A stretch of 63,376 nucleotides of DNA, filler included, from Aduncisulcus paluster (GCA_024181965.1; 5 parts of 5 records of this genome joined end to end with filler, not necessarily neighbours in it), one strand, 5' to 3'; counted from the whole stretch's first letter, positions 18,982-30,079 are shown. Program-made: numbers and translations. The notes: generated by a model from the letters alone, not told the origin.

Positions 18982-21972
18982 ATGTCTTCTAAAGGGGTTA
19001 TTACGAAGGAATTGAGTGATATTCGGAGTATTATTTCATTACTTAAAGATAATATACGAGAACTTCAAGAAACAACACAGAAACAACACAAAACAATCAA
19101 ATCGCTTCGAGATGAACAAGCGACTTTCCACTCAACCATCGCTTCTTTACAGCAACAACATTCATCATATCGTCAAACTTCTGAGGCTGAACGATTGTCA
19201 CTGGTGCAAAAAATTGAATCGCTTCAATTTGAGATATCATGTGTGTCTACTCGCGTTGATGGTGGAACTGTGAAAATTTCTGACGCTTTACAATCCAAAT
19301 ATTCTAATGCCATAGATCAACGTGAGACTGTTTTTTCTTCTCTTCGAAAATTCATTGATTTGTCAAAGTGTTCAAATAGTCTTCTTGTTTCAAAGATTCC
19401 TCACTCACTCTGGGAAGATAAAAGAGATTCCAATACACTATTTCTTCGTACAATGAGTTTCTTGCTTTCTCTCAATGGATCATTATCGAGAAGAAAATCA
19501 GGTGGTTTCGATAATTGTATTGACTTGGTTACCAAAAAGATTGTTGTTCCTCATGCAATCGTATCCCAATGTATATTGCCCCTTCCAGTTGTTCCTCATT
19601 CTGAATCATTGAGAAATCGTATCAAGTGCCTTGAATCACTTGCTTCTCAGATTATTTCATGCATTACTCCTGATAATATTTCTTTTGTTGTCACAATTGG
19701 TGAGAATTGTATTGATCAACTTATTACTTTCCTCACAAAGGCTATTGGAGCAACAAGTTTTGATTCTCCTATCACTCCAAAATCCCTGCTTTCAATGTTT
19801 GATAATGTTTCTGATCAAATCGGTCAATGTCTTCAAAAGTTTTGTGCCAGTGCTGAAAAATTTTCAGAACATGCCACCCAATGTAAGACAAAATTCACTC
19901 TGGCTGTTTCTAAATTTGTGAGGAATGGTGCTGGTATCTCATGGAGTGTGAATCTTGATTCTGAAAATGATGTTTGGAACTCTGCTTTATCAGAATTGGA
20001 TATAGATCCATCTCAGATATCTTCACCCACTCCTGAAAAAGAAGGTGAAATGGGAGCTACTTCATCTGTGTTTTCTTCACAGCCCTTCCCATCACTTTGT
20101 TCTACTCCTTTACATTCTTCTTCAATCGATTTACAGCATTCTTCCTTCTCTTCAATTGCTACGAGACATAAAACAACAACTAAAACATTAAAATCTACAT
20201 TAAGCAAGCTCTCTTCTTCTTCTGTTTCTTCTCTGATAAGTAATCGTAATTCTACTGAGAAAACCCTAATTCCTTGTGTTAATGATCTTGGTAAATATTT
20301 GTGTTCTCATATCCGATCTTGTTTGGAACAAGGCAATATCACCGATTCAAAGCTCAAATCCTTTCAATCTCGACTAGATGGGAAACCATTGTCTGACGAG
20401 GATTCTTCTTCTGGATTGCTTGACCACGAAAAATCTGTGGCTGATTCGTGTGAACGTGAATGTGAATGTTTGAGTAAGCTTTCTCTCACTCTTTCTGCTG
20501 ATGAAAAATCCATGAGGTCATGTGATGACGCAGAATCATCCATCGTTTGTGTGTCTAATACCATCTGTTCGATGCTTGATTTGTGCACAGAATACCTGCA
20601 TGTTGTGTTAGAGTATCGCCTTGCTATGCTGTGTTGTGTTCTACGTGTGTATGAGCTGTCTGAGTGGTGTGAGAGTGTGAAAGAAATTGAAGGCAGTGAG
20701 GATGAAGTGAAAAAGATCGATACTCAGATGACCAAAATGAAGAGGAATATTAAGGGATATCAAATGAAAAAGGCAACACAAGAACATGATCTCAAATCAT
20801 ATCGAGATAGAATTGTTGAAGTGTCAAAATATTCAGATTCTAAATCAAACCCTCAAGGCGTCGAGGAGGATGAATTGTCGAATGGTGAAGATGAATATGA
20901 TGAGGAAAGTATTGAAATTTTGAAAGATCGTATTCAAGAATGTGAGCAAAAGTCAAAAGAATTCTCAGAAAAAATACGAGCAACGAGATCAAAAATGAAC
21001 AATCGCTATATGAGGTTGCTTGAGCTTCAAAAGCATGCAACTCGACTCGCAAGTGTTGGGTTTTCCATTCCAGGTAGACTGAATCAAGAATCTTATAATT
21101 CAGAAGATATTCGTGATATGACCTCTCTTCCTATATTGTTTTGCACAGGGATAGCACTTGGCATGTTCCATGATATTAAAATGTTAGTTTCAAGAGAATC
21201 AAGTGGCCGCTCCGAAGGTGTGATTGGGGGCTTCAAAAATGAAGGAAATGTATTCACCGCTGTATGGAAATCGCGCAAAGTAGTCCTGAAGTTTTTTGAA
21301 CTCCCAAGTGATTCAAAAATATCAACTTATAGAACTTTACTCAATTCAGCTCTCAGTGTTCGGAAATTTGGGGATTGCGCCTATATTACTCCTTTATTGG
21401 GTGCGTTTTTCGATGATCATGCCAAAAACTCAACGATATCTGGTGCATATCTTGTATTTCCATTGTATCCAAATGGTGACATGCTCTCGTGGCTATGCAA
21501 AGATAAACTCCCCTCGCTTCGGTCAATTAGAAATGTGTTGAAATGTGTTTTACATGCTCTTAACCATTTACATCAACGAGAAATTGTTCATTGTGATCTA
21601 AAGCTTCAGAATGTATTGATTGATGGGAAAGGACATGGTATTTTGTGTGATTTTGAAGGAGTTGTTGATGCTGGATCGCGTTCAAAGATATTTCTAACAC
21701 GAACAATGCAGATGGGAACTCCTGATTATTTTGCTCCGGAGGTAAGACAAGCTATTTCCTCCAAATCACATCCTCATCCAACAACAAAGAGCGATATGTA
21801 TTCATTTGGCGTACTTTTAGATGTTTAGATTTGTGAAATTATATCCCAATCTGACTCGAGAATTAAAATAATACCACCGGTCATGAAAGAAATTCGTGAT
21901 GCATGCAAGAGAGACGATCCAAAAGATCGTCCTTCGGCATCGGAATTGTTGGCACATAAGTGGTTTTTATGA
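18982..21972 (+). CDS. Coiled-coil protein with C-terminal Ser/Thr kinase; contains an in-frame TAG at 21826-21828
   Basis: VVLK, HCDLKLQNVL, CDFE, GTPDYFAPE, SDMYSFG. The same frame continues past the TAG to DDPKDRPSASELLAHKWFL-TGA (21972), completing kinase subdomain XI. Confidence 0.85.
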
Positions 21973-22468
21973 AACAAATACATCGACGAGCCAAACAAAA
22001 TTTGAATCTAGTCCTCATTTTCTTTATGTACAGATTTATTAAAAGATAATTTTGATAATAAATTGAATATTATTTATAAAATGTTGAAAATAATTGGATT
22101 TTACAGTCTTATTCAAATAGAATAAAAAAAACTCGTGCTTGGCTTGAATTTTACAGAATGGGAATTTTTTTAACGCATCGAATTATTGTATTTAGTATTT
22201 GATATATGATTTTTGATATACACTTTTGTCTATGAATTCTATTTCGATGGATAATGTTTACTGGCTTCCAGCCTGGTGGACAAAAATTTAGAGGTTGAAT
22301 TTATTGTATTATTAATTCAATTATCTGGTTTATTATGATATTTTAAATCATTTACTTGTCATCGAATTTTTTCGAATGGTGGAATATATCATTGTCTATA
22401 TTATCGCAATCTTCTTGGATACTTATAGTCCTAAGTTCTTAAATATCCATTATTTTTTCTTATTTGGA

Positions 22469-25225
22469 ATGTTTTGGATATATTTGAATGGATTTAAAAG
22501 TTTTTTTGAGCCTCATATTATCGGACCCTTTATCAATGGGTTCTCTGCAATAATAGGCTCCAATGGAAGCGGAAAAAGTAATGTACTTGATGGTATGTTT
22601 GAAATTTATTGTGCTTTTTTGTGATCTATTACTTTTGGTTAATTCTAATATCATATCCTTCAGCTCTGGCCTTTTCAGTTTGTTCTCCGCCGTCTCTCTT
22701 GCGTGTAAAATCACTAAAATCACTCAAATCTACTCATAAAGGAGCTCAGGCTTCCGAAGTCATATTAGCTTTGCCAATTAGAATGCAATCTGCCACAAGA
22801 ATTGAACACCTACTCTCCAATCTTGATTCTGACATCTCTTCAGAAGAATCATTTGATCTTCTCCCTGAAATCGCCCAAGAAGCTGATTCAATAAGTGTAA
22901 GCCGTGATTATTCCCATATTTGCTTTTTTCGTCGACGAATCCCTTCCTCTCTCCACGTTTCCTTGGTAAAATGTGAAGATTCATCGTCTCCGTTTCATTG
23001 GGCATTGCAAAATATATCGGTTTCAAGACGTGTTGACTTTGAATCTATTTTCATTGGTGGATCACAAATATCTCCTAAATCTCGGACAAAACCGATTTCT
23101 AAATCAGATTTAAGCTCTCAAAGGACAAAATTATCGTGGTTAAAAGTTCTTAAGGATCAATATGCCAGAATTCTCAGTCTTTGCTCGACTCCTTCTGATT
23201 CTATCTCTCTCTTTCTGCTGCCTCAGTCCCAAACCACTCATCTCGTCACAATGAACTCAATCTCTCGTCTAAAACTCCTTGAAACTGCTGTAGGGACGCA
23301 TCGTCTTCGCATTGAAGCCAGCAAACATATTGATAAAGCTGAAAAGGACAAGGAACTCATGAAAGAGACTGCCTCAAACCTGACAAAGCTTGAAGAACTC
23401 TATTCCTCAACGATTCCACATGTTAAATCTGTCCAGACTGATGTATCTAATCTTTCCGACTCGTTATCTTCTCTCGTTGACCGCTATAACAAATTATGTT
23501 CTTCCTTGTCACGATCGTCTGCCCATTTCCAAGGTGTGATTCAGTGTGTGGATCATGAACTCTCAACAAAATGGTCAGACTCCTCGTGGGAATCTTTAAG
23601 AAAAGAGATGGAAATGATCAGAGTGGAGATAGAGCGAGTAGAGGAACTGATCAAAGCTGATGAAATGTCAGTTGAAAGACACTCTTCCGTTAAGAAAGAA
23701 AAAGCACATCTTTTATTAAGATTAGGGAAGAAAGAGAAGAGAATAGAAAGAGATATCAGGGGAATCAATGAACATATTCATGGTCTATCATCTTCTCTCA
23801 TTTCTATAAATAGAATTTCTAAAAATAGAACAAAGGAAGAAGAAGATGATGTAGAAGAGGAAAGGGAGGGAAAAGATGAAGCATCTAAAGATGATATTGA
23901 TGTGAAATCCCAATTAAAATCCCAGTTGGCAACCCTTTCCACCTCCATTTCAGATAATTTATCTTCTATTTCTGATGTTAAGACAGCTATCGAGAAGGTA
24001 GATATGGAGATTGTGCAGAAAATGGATGAAAAAGAGGAAATAGAGATTGATATTGATGAAGAGAACAGGAATATCAGCCGAGTTAAGTCCTTATTGCTGA
24101 ATATTGAGAAGAGAATAAGTCTGAGTCTTGAGAAAAGATCTAAACAAATACAATCTATGGGTCTGAATGTTAGTGGTAAGGATACGAAAGGAGATAGGAC
24201 AAGTGCAGGGGATAAACATTCAGTGAATCATGATCAGAGTCAATGTTCTGCACGATACTCTCAATTATTCCCTCTATTTCATTTCACTCGAAGATATAAT
24301 GAATCTTTACAATCCTCTTCCTCCTCTTCTTTCTCTCCAGTGATGTTAGTGACTGATATATTTACACTAAATGATTCCAAAAGTGTTATTCCTGTCCTCA
24401 CAGCATGTTATTCGGCCTTGATATCCACAGTCATAGTTAGATCCGCAAGGGATGCAAGGAATTTCTCTGAATGGGTGAGAAATAATAGAGGAAAAGTCTT
24501 ATCTCTTGGATATTCTAGCCATATCTCTTCTTCCTCTTCTTCTTGCTCTTCTTTTGTGGGTTATTCGACATTCAAAGGCACCTTACATTGTCTTATTCTG
24601 GACGATATTGATTCTAGACGTCTTGATGTGAAAACTTTGTGTTCATTGGTATCGTTCAATTCACAAGGACCAACACGGCCTCTCTCCTCTTCCTCTCTCT
24701 CATCTTCTTGCATATACCCCCAGTCATTAGGCTTAACCATTCCAACTCTTTGTTCTCTCTCAATGAATATCTTTGGACCATATCTCTTTTCTCCCGATGT
24801 CAAACATGCTGACACTCTGCTTAAACAAGGCCATACAAGGACTATTGTAACTGCAAATGGAGTTCTCATTCAGAAACACTCTGTTCGAGCCAAGAAGGAA
24901 AAGAACAGTGGGAAAGAAGAGGAGAGGAAAAGGAATTATGTTGGGTTTTTGCTTGATTCTGAGGTGAAGAGAATGAAAGGGGATAAGAGAAGTAGAGCTT
25001 CGGATGAACAGAAGAAGAGGAGGGAGAAGGAGGAGGAGAGAGAGGTGAGAGAAGAAGAGGAGGAAGAGGAAGAAGAGAGGAAAAGAAAGGAAGAAAGAGA
25101 AGAGGAAGAAAAAGAGAAGAAAGATATCGTCAGTGAGTTAGAAGGTTTTCAAACATCCTTGGCAGAATTAAAACGATCTAGATATTCTATCACAAATCAA
25201 CTATCTGTTCTCACACGAAGACAAG
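22469..25225 (+). CDS. SMC: Divergent SMC-family ATPase, N-terminal half (truncated by linker gap); intron 22593..22663
   Basis: MFWIYLNGFKSF...FSAIIGSNGSGKSNVLD|ALAF after splicing a 71-nt GTATGT..CAG intron; LLPQSQ Q-loop-like segment; coiled coil; hinge-like region VMLVTDIF...TVIVRS...IFGPYLF...IVTANG. Confidence 0.85.
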
Positions 25226-25325
25226 NNNNNNNNNNNNNNNNNNNNNNNNNNNNNNNNNNNNNNNNNNNNTTAATTAATTAANNNNNNNNNNNNNNNNNNN
25301 NNNNNNNNNNNNNNNNNNNNNNNNN
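25226..25325. other. Artificial scaffold linker N44-TTAATTAATTAA-N44 (also at 30406-30505, 36885-36984, 61931-62030)
   Basis: Identical 100-nt spacer carrying a 12-mer with stops in all six frames. Confidence 0.97.
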
Positions 25326-26099
25326 AGTGGTCGAGGTGATTCTGTACCTTCGAATGGTCTTGGATCCCCAGTGTTAACATCTTTACTCTCTCATTTCAGG
25401 TGTTATCCGTGCATTTCTGACTGGCATGCTGGACACATGCACCAGGAATGGTCCTGTTCTTGTCCCCCATGTGATGAAACTGAGCATAAAGATGCTGGAT
25501 TTAAGTTTTATGGTCGTTCTGGGCCTGATAGAAAAGGACAATGGCGTGATCTTGTTACAGTTGGAACTGATCCCATTACTCTCTCTCCTTCCTCTCCTTC
25601 ACACCATCCAGACACACCACATCCAGACACACCCCATGTATATGATTGTGATGAAGCATCAACCATCACTTCGTCCAAGACACATTTATTCATTTGTCCG
25701 ATTTATCTCAGTGTTTTGACTGCTGCGATGAATGAATTAGAATCTGTCGAGGAAGGTTGGAGTGAACTGAACAAGATGATGAGAAAGAAAGGAGACAAAA
25801 AGAAGGAGGAAGAGAAAGAGGAAGAAGAAATTGAGGATGGTGCTGATGATTCTTTGAAGGGTCTATTAGAAAGCATTGATCCAGCTCTTGGAGGTTTGAT
25901 ATCCTTTGCTTTGTCTTCTCCTGATTTCAAGACAATGAGTTGTGCTCAAAGCACAGGGAGAGATTACGTTGATCTATCGGAAATGAAATTCATCGGTAAT
26001 TGTTCGGCCTTATTTATGGATTCGTTGCATAAGAAATTTCAAGATAAGGTGTCGATATCATCGAGATTTGATGATATTATGGGTTCAAAGAGATGGTAA
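25326..26099 (+). CDS. 3' part of a hypothetical protein (5' truncated by gap)
   Basis: Frame open from the gap edge to TAA at 26099; contains HAGHMHQEWSCSCPPC. It has no SMC signature or Walker B motif, so I did not assign it to the SMC. Confidence 0.7.
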   Translation, partial: SGRGDSVPSNGLGSPVLTSLLSHFRCYPCISDWHAGHMHQEWSCSCPPCDETEHKDAGFKFYGRSGPDRKGQWRDLVTVGTDPITLSPSSPSHHPDTPHPDTPHVYDCDEASTITSSKTHLFICPIYLSVLTAAMNELESVEEGWSELNKMMRKKGDKKKEEEKEEEEIEDGADDSLKGLLESIDPALGGLISFALSSPDFKTMSCAQSTGRDYVDLSEMKFIGNCSALFMDSLHKKFQDKVSISSRFDDIMGSKRW

Positions 26100-26342
26100 T
26101 TCATTATCAAACCGTCATGGGAGATTGTTGAATGGATTCATAATTTTTTCGTTGATTTCTCTATTGATAACACTCATGGATTAGTTTTTCGAGTTAAGTC
26201 TCAAGGATTAGAATTTCAACATCAACATGACCCATATTCAATAAATTTATTTTATTTCATGACTCGAAATTTATAAATTCGCTGGAAATCCATGATGGAC
26301 GAAAATCAAGTAGTACAGTATCTCACTGTACTATACTATACT

Positions 26343-27671
26343 TCACTTTTTTATAAATTGGGTGAAACTATCCATATCGAACGAATCTTCCTTATATAGA
26401 TTAGCAAATGCTTTGCTACCAAATTCATGTGTTGACACACGTTCTGGAACACTCCTTGAAATTGGCATTGGATATTCCATTTCTGCCTGTCTCTCTTTTG
26501 TGCTCTCTTTTATGCTTTTTTCTCTTATGTCGGGGGGATAGAGCTCTAGTTGGTATTCATCTGTGTCATAGCGAAGGATGAAGGAATGCTTATCGGGAGG
26601 GGACCCTGGTTCACTACCTGGATAGCTGGCCGGACCAAACGAAGGCCAGGACACAAATCCCAAGTGGAGATAAATGAATCTATATGAAGCATCATACGCA
26701 GAATGTGTTGGTTTGTGATCAATGGTCAGGGTCAATTTCACACAATCGGCTTGTCCCGAGAGCGGAAGGCACGTTTGGCAGTAAAATAATTGGGTTGATG
26801 ATTGAGGTCTATTGCTTCGGCCACTCTTTTTGTTTGTCCTCCTAACAGATAATGTAATATTGTGACGGATGATCATGTCTTCTTTCTCTGAATCTAAAAT
26901 CCGTTGATACTCTCTAATGTCTTTTGGGTCCTTATCAATGATAGCTTGATAACTTGGGCGGAAAAATACATCACATTTCACATCTTTTCGGGGGAAAATA
27001 ACGGAATATTGGTGTACAAGGGCTGTTTGTCGACGAGAACAATTAGACAAAATACTCTTTGGTTTAGGAAGTGTAATATATTTTCTTACGTCAAATTCAG
27101 TGGATTTGGAGCGACTTCCGCTCTCTTCAACATCAGAATAATAACGGGCTTTGGCTGGGGGGGCTTTACGGGTATAACCTTCAGTGTCTGAGGATTTATC
27201 TTTCTTTTTCAAATCTAATAATACTTTTTCGGTGGGCCTTATCTGGACAATTGACAATCTAATATCGCTTCTATTGGTTTTTTCGAGCCTTTCTATCCTC
27301 TCTCTTATCTTAGATGACAACAACCTTCCAAGCTCAATAGAAAAAATATTTTTCTTATCGTAAAATCTTAAATTTAATTTAATGCTGCAACTCGCATTAA
27401 CAGTTCCTCTGGATTGACCACCTTGACCAGACCTATATAACATTAAAACCCCACCTCTCCGATACGGAGAAGGGGACAAATAACCTCCAAAAGGACACCA
27501 AGTAAACTCCCCAGCAAATTTAGAATGGGACGGCTGAGATAGAGTGATTGTAAGACTATTTTCATTCGTTTTGAAGAGAAAATCATTAATTTTTTCTTTT
27601 GACGGGGTAATGATCAAAGATTCCGTTTTACACTCCTCTGAATATTCTTCTTCATCCCATGGACTTGCCAT
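26343..27671 (-). CDS. Hypothetical protein (442 aa)
   Basis: Long ATG-initiated ORF with AT-rich upstream region; no motif recognised. Confidence 0.8.
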   Translation of the reverse strand: MASPWDEEEYSEECKTESLIITPSKEKINDFLFKTNENSLTITLSQPSHSKFAGEFTWCPFGGYLSPSPYRRGGVLMLYRSGQGGQSRGTVNASCSIKLNLRFYDKKNIFSIELGRLLSSKIRERIERLEKTNRSDIRLSIVQIRPTEKVLLDLKKKDKSSDTEGYTRKAPPAKARYYSDVEESGSRSKSTEFDVRKYITLPKPKSILSNCSRRQTALVHQYSVIFPRKDVKCDVFFRPSYQAIIDKDPKDIREYQRILDSEKEDMIIRHNITLSVRRTNKKSGRSNRPQSSTQLFYCQTCLPLSGQADCVKLTLTIDHKPTHSAYDASYRFIYLHLGFVSWPSFGPASYPGSEPGSPPDKHSFILRYDTDEYQLELYPPDIREKSIKESTKERQAEMEYPMPISRSVPERVSTHEFGSKAFANLYKEDSFDMDSFTQFIKK

Positions 27672-28102
27672 TTTTCGAAGAAATGAGCAATTATGGGTTT
27701 TGTCACTGCGGGAAAGGATTTTGGGATTTGAGCAATGTTTTAAGTGAGTACCTAATTTTTTTTATGAATAATAAATAAATATATTGGTAACAAATATCCT
27801 ATTTACTTGATTGATAACATTCACCAAAAAAAGGCTTCAAAATCCATCATTGGTAATAATATGGTATCATAATACGAAAAATTTCCTGAAATAAATAAAT
27901 TAAATAAATATTAAAACTTTCCCAAACAATGGCAAGAATTGAGCTGATCTAAATGCGTAATCTCACCCATAACCAAGGAAGCTGCTGCTCTCTCAAAGGG
28001 ATCAAACCAGAGACACAATGAATATGGGGTTGATATTAGAGAGAGCCACTTCTATCTCGAGTCCAAGGAGGTGCTAACACCTTAATCTGAACATGTTATA
28101 GC

Positions 28103-28438
28103 TTATTCACACAATTTTCTTAGTTCTTCTTCAACTGCAAATCTCTGAAATCCATAGGCATCAACAACATTTTTCATTTTTTTCTTTTGAAAGGGAGTTA
28201 ATTTCCCATTTCCATGTTTTATCCAAAATGGAGATATTACGTGTTTAAAAGCTAAAATAGATACATGTTGTATAGTTTGGGCAATAATTCCTTCTTTGAC
28301 TCGCGTTTCATATTGCTCAGCGAGCTCCTCTCCGAACTGAAGTTCTGATATGTCAGATTCATTCTCTGAAAAGGGTAAATGAGGAGTAGCCAATAGAACC
28401 ATCCCCGTGGGATCTATCTTCTCATCCTTCTTCGACAT
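28103..28438 (-). CDS. Short hypothetical protein or truncated pseudogene
   Basis: 111-codon ATG ORF. The same frame resumes for about 46 open codons after three nearby stops (TAA, TAA, TAG). Confidence 0.5.
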   Translation of the reverse strand: MSKKDEKIDPTGMVLLATPHLPFSENESDISELQFGEELAEQYETRVKEGIIAQTIQHVSILAFKHVISPFWIKHGNGKLTPFQKKKMKNVVDAYGFQRFAVEEELRKLCE

Positions 28439-28631
28439 AAAAGGTGTCCTTGCACCGAAAATTCAAGATTCATCGTCACCACTGCAAATTGAGAATAAAA
28501 TATTCATGAGACTGAAATATTTGTTTATTTCTATTCTATTACCTTTTTATATCATTACTAACCACTGACTTTAGATACTTCACGAGTGAAAGTGGTCAGA
28601 GTCTACAAATATCACTTTTCTGCGGATTATA

Positions 28632-29855
28632 ATGGACAGGCAGGGAGAATATAAGAAAGGTGATCATGTCCAGGTATTACAGACATTAGCAGAGGCATAT
28701 TTTGGGTGGGGAAGTTACGTTCGTCCAGGATGTATTGGAGTTGTTTCAGATTTCGGCTCGAAGGGCGAATTGATTTTAGATTTTGAAAAAGAACAACAAT
28801 GGTATTGTTTACCTAAAGAAGTAACCCACTTTTTCCCATGTAAAGAATCAATAGTGAATGGATTTAAAATTGGTGACTATGTTACTGTAAAAGCTGGAAT
28901 TGAACCTAAAAACGGCTGGGGATTCGTAAAAAAAGGATCTACTGGTCAAATATCAGCTATTTCAAAGACTCATGCAATATATGTAGAATTTCCTGAGCAG
29001 GCAGGTTGGCGTTGTTTCGCAGACGAGCTAGAAAAAGCTCCTGAACCACTAAGCCCAAATAGAATATTCAATAGTGGCGATAAAGTTCGGATTAGAAATG
29101 ATATCACCGAATTTGCCTATGGTTTAGGTGATGTGACAGCTCAAATGCTCGGAGTTGTACAGCATTACGATGCTGATGGTGATGTTGTGGTTGATTTTCC
29201 TCCAAATTGCACTGAGTTTTGCTTCTTAGAATCAGAATTAGTTCTTGTTAGTTCTGTCAATAAGATTGAATTCCAAATAGGACAATGCGTACGAGTTAAG
29301 CAATCAGTCAACACTCCAAAATATGGATGGGGAGAAGTAAGCCACGGAATGATTGGAGAAATTAAAGCTATAGATGCCGATGGTGATTTAAAAATTGATT
29401 TTCACTGTGCTCTTGGATGGTATGGTCATCCTGATGAGATGGAAATTGTGAAGGAGAAAGCCACAGTAGAAAAAACCGACGCTGTTCGAGAGATTGAAGA
29501 AATGGCATCTCACAAAGCCAGGCGAGATTTTGACGAAGAATCTGCATGCACACTCTTAACCGAGAGTGTCGATTTAATGCACCAATCTGAGCCTGGGCCA
29601 CCTGTGGAGCTGGAAGATCCTAATCAAATAATATCTCCTTCCGTAAATATATTCCCAGATGAAAACCCAGATAGTAGGGTTCTTGCCTGTGCTGTATTTC
29701 CTGAAATATCTCCGGATAATCCAGGAATGGAAAGAGAAACGACCATGGATTATGTCAGGCAGGCAGAAATGCGATTGTGTGATGCACTTGAAGTCTCTCC
29801 GGTTGAAAAAGATGAAGAAGAGCAAGGTACAAATTGCTGTTGTACCATTCTATAA
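28632..29855 (+). CDS. Protein with four Mib/Herc2 (KEG-type) SH3-like repeats and a C-terminal CaaX motif (CCCTIL)
   Basis: Repeats YKKGDHVQV..WG, FKIGDYVTVK..KNGWG, FNSGDKVRIR..YGLG and FQIGQCVRVK..PKYGWG, each followed by G.I/V...V.F....W/F.....E. Confidence 0.85.
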   Translation: MDRQGEYKKGDHVQVLQTLAEAYFGWGSYVRPGCIGVVSDFGSKGELILDFEKEQQWYCLPKEVTHFFPCKESIVNGFKIGDYVTVKAGIEPKNGWGFVKKGSTGQISAISKTHAIYVEFPEQAGWRCFADELEKAPEPLSPNRIFNSGDKVRIRNDITEFAYGLGDVTAQMLGVVQHYDADGDVVVDFPPNCTEFCFLESELVLVSSVNKIEFQIGQCVRVKQSVNTPKYGWGEVSHGMIGEIKAIDADGDLKIDFHCALGWYGHPDEMEIVKEKATVEKTDAVREIEEMASHKARRDFDEESACTLLTESVDLMHQSEPGPPVELEDPNQIISPSVNIFPDENPDSRVLACAVFPEISPDNPGMERETTMDYVRQAEMRLCDALEVSPVEKDEEEQGTNCCCTIL

Positions 29856-29944
29856 GGTTTATTATGAAAATTTTCAGTGTTAGAGCTTTCACAATCGTTC
29901 TATTCTAAACTCTCAGCAATAAATTCTTAATTCAATGATACCAA

Positions 29945-29983
29945 TCAAAAAAGGATGAGGCTCACCATACAAATTTTAGTTTC
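29945..29983 (+). repeat. Conserved non-coding element shared with 62183-62220
   Basis: Exact 15-mer GAGGCTCACCATACA at 29957 and 62193, with matching flanks (TCAAAAA upstream; ATTT..AGTTTC downstream). Confidence 0.75.
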
Positions 29984-30079
29984 CTTTTTGATACTGATTT
30001 TGTATTGCTTTTTAGCTCTAGTTACCTAATTACATAATATTTTTATTTGTTTCTAGGTTTCAGCACACCTTTTTTCTAA

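Noticed and set aside
25226-25325. TTAATTAATTAA palindromes between N-runs (four sites) as biological elements or TTAA target sites
   Set aside because: Identical synthetic six-frame-stop linkers. ORF tails ending '...LIN' are artefacts, and synteny across the linkers is unproven.
25326-26099. C-terminal half of the SMC
   Set aside because: No LSGG signature, Walker B or D-loop, and it is separated from the SMC by an artificial linker.
21826-28105. Genome-wide TAA/TAG=Gln code as in hexamitid diplomonads
   Set aside because: Conserved genes end at the expected place with TAA or TAG (IRE1, TrpRS, DNAL4, CTU1, PPME1), and long ORFs otherwise lack internal TAR codons.
28561-28602. Ribozyme-like fold (ACCACT/AGTGGT, TTCAC/GTGAA, GAAA)
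   Set aside because: Lacks the CUGANGA catalytic core, and the stems are short.
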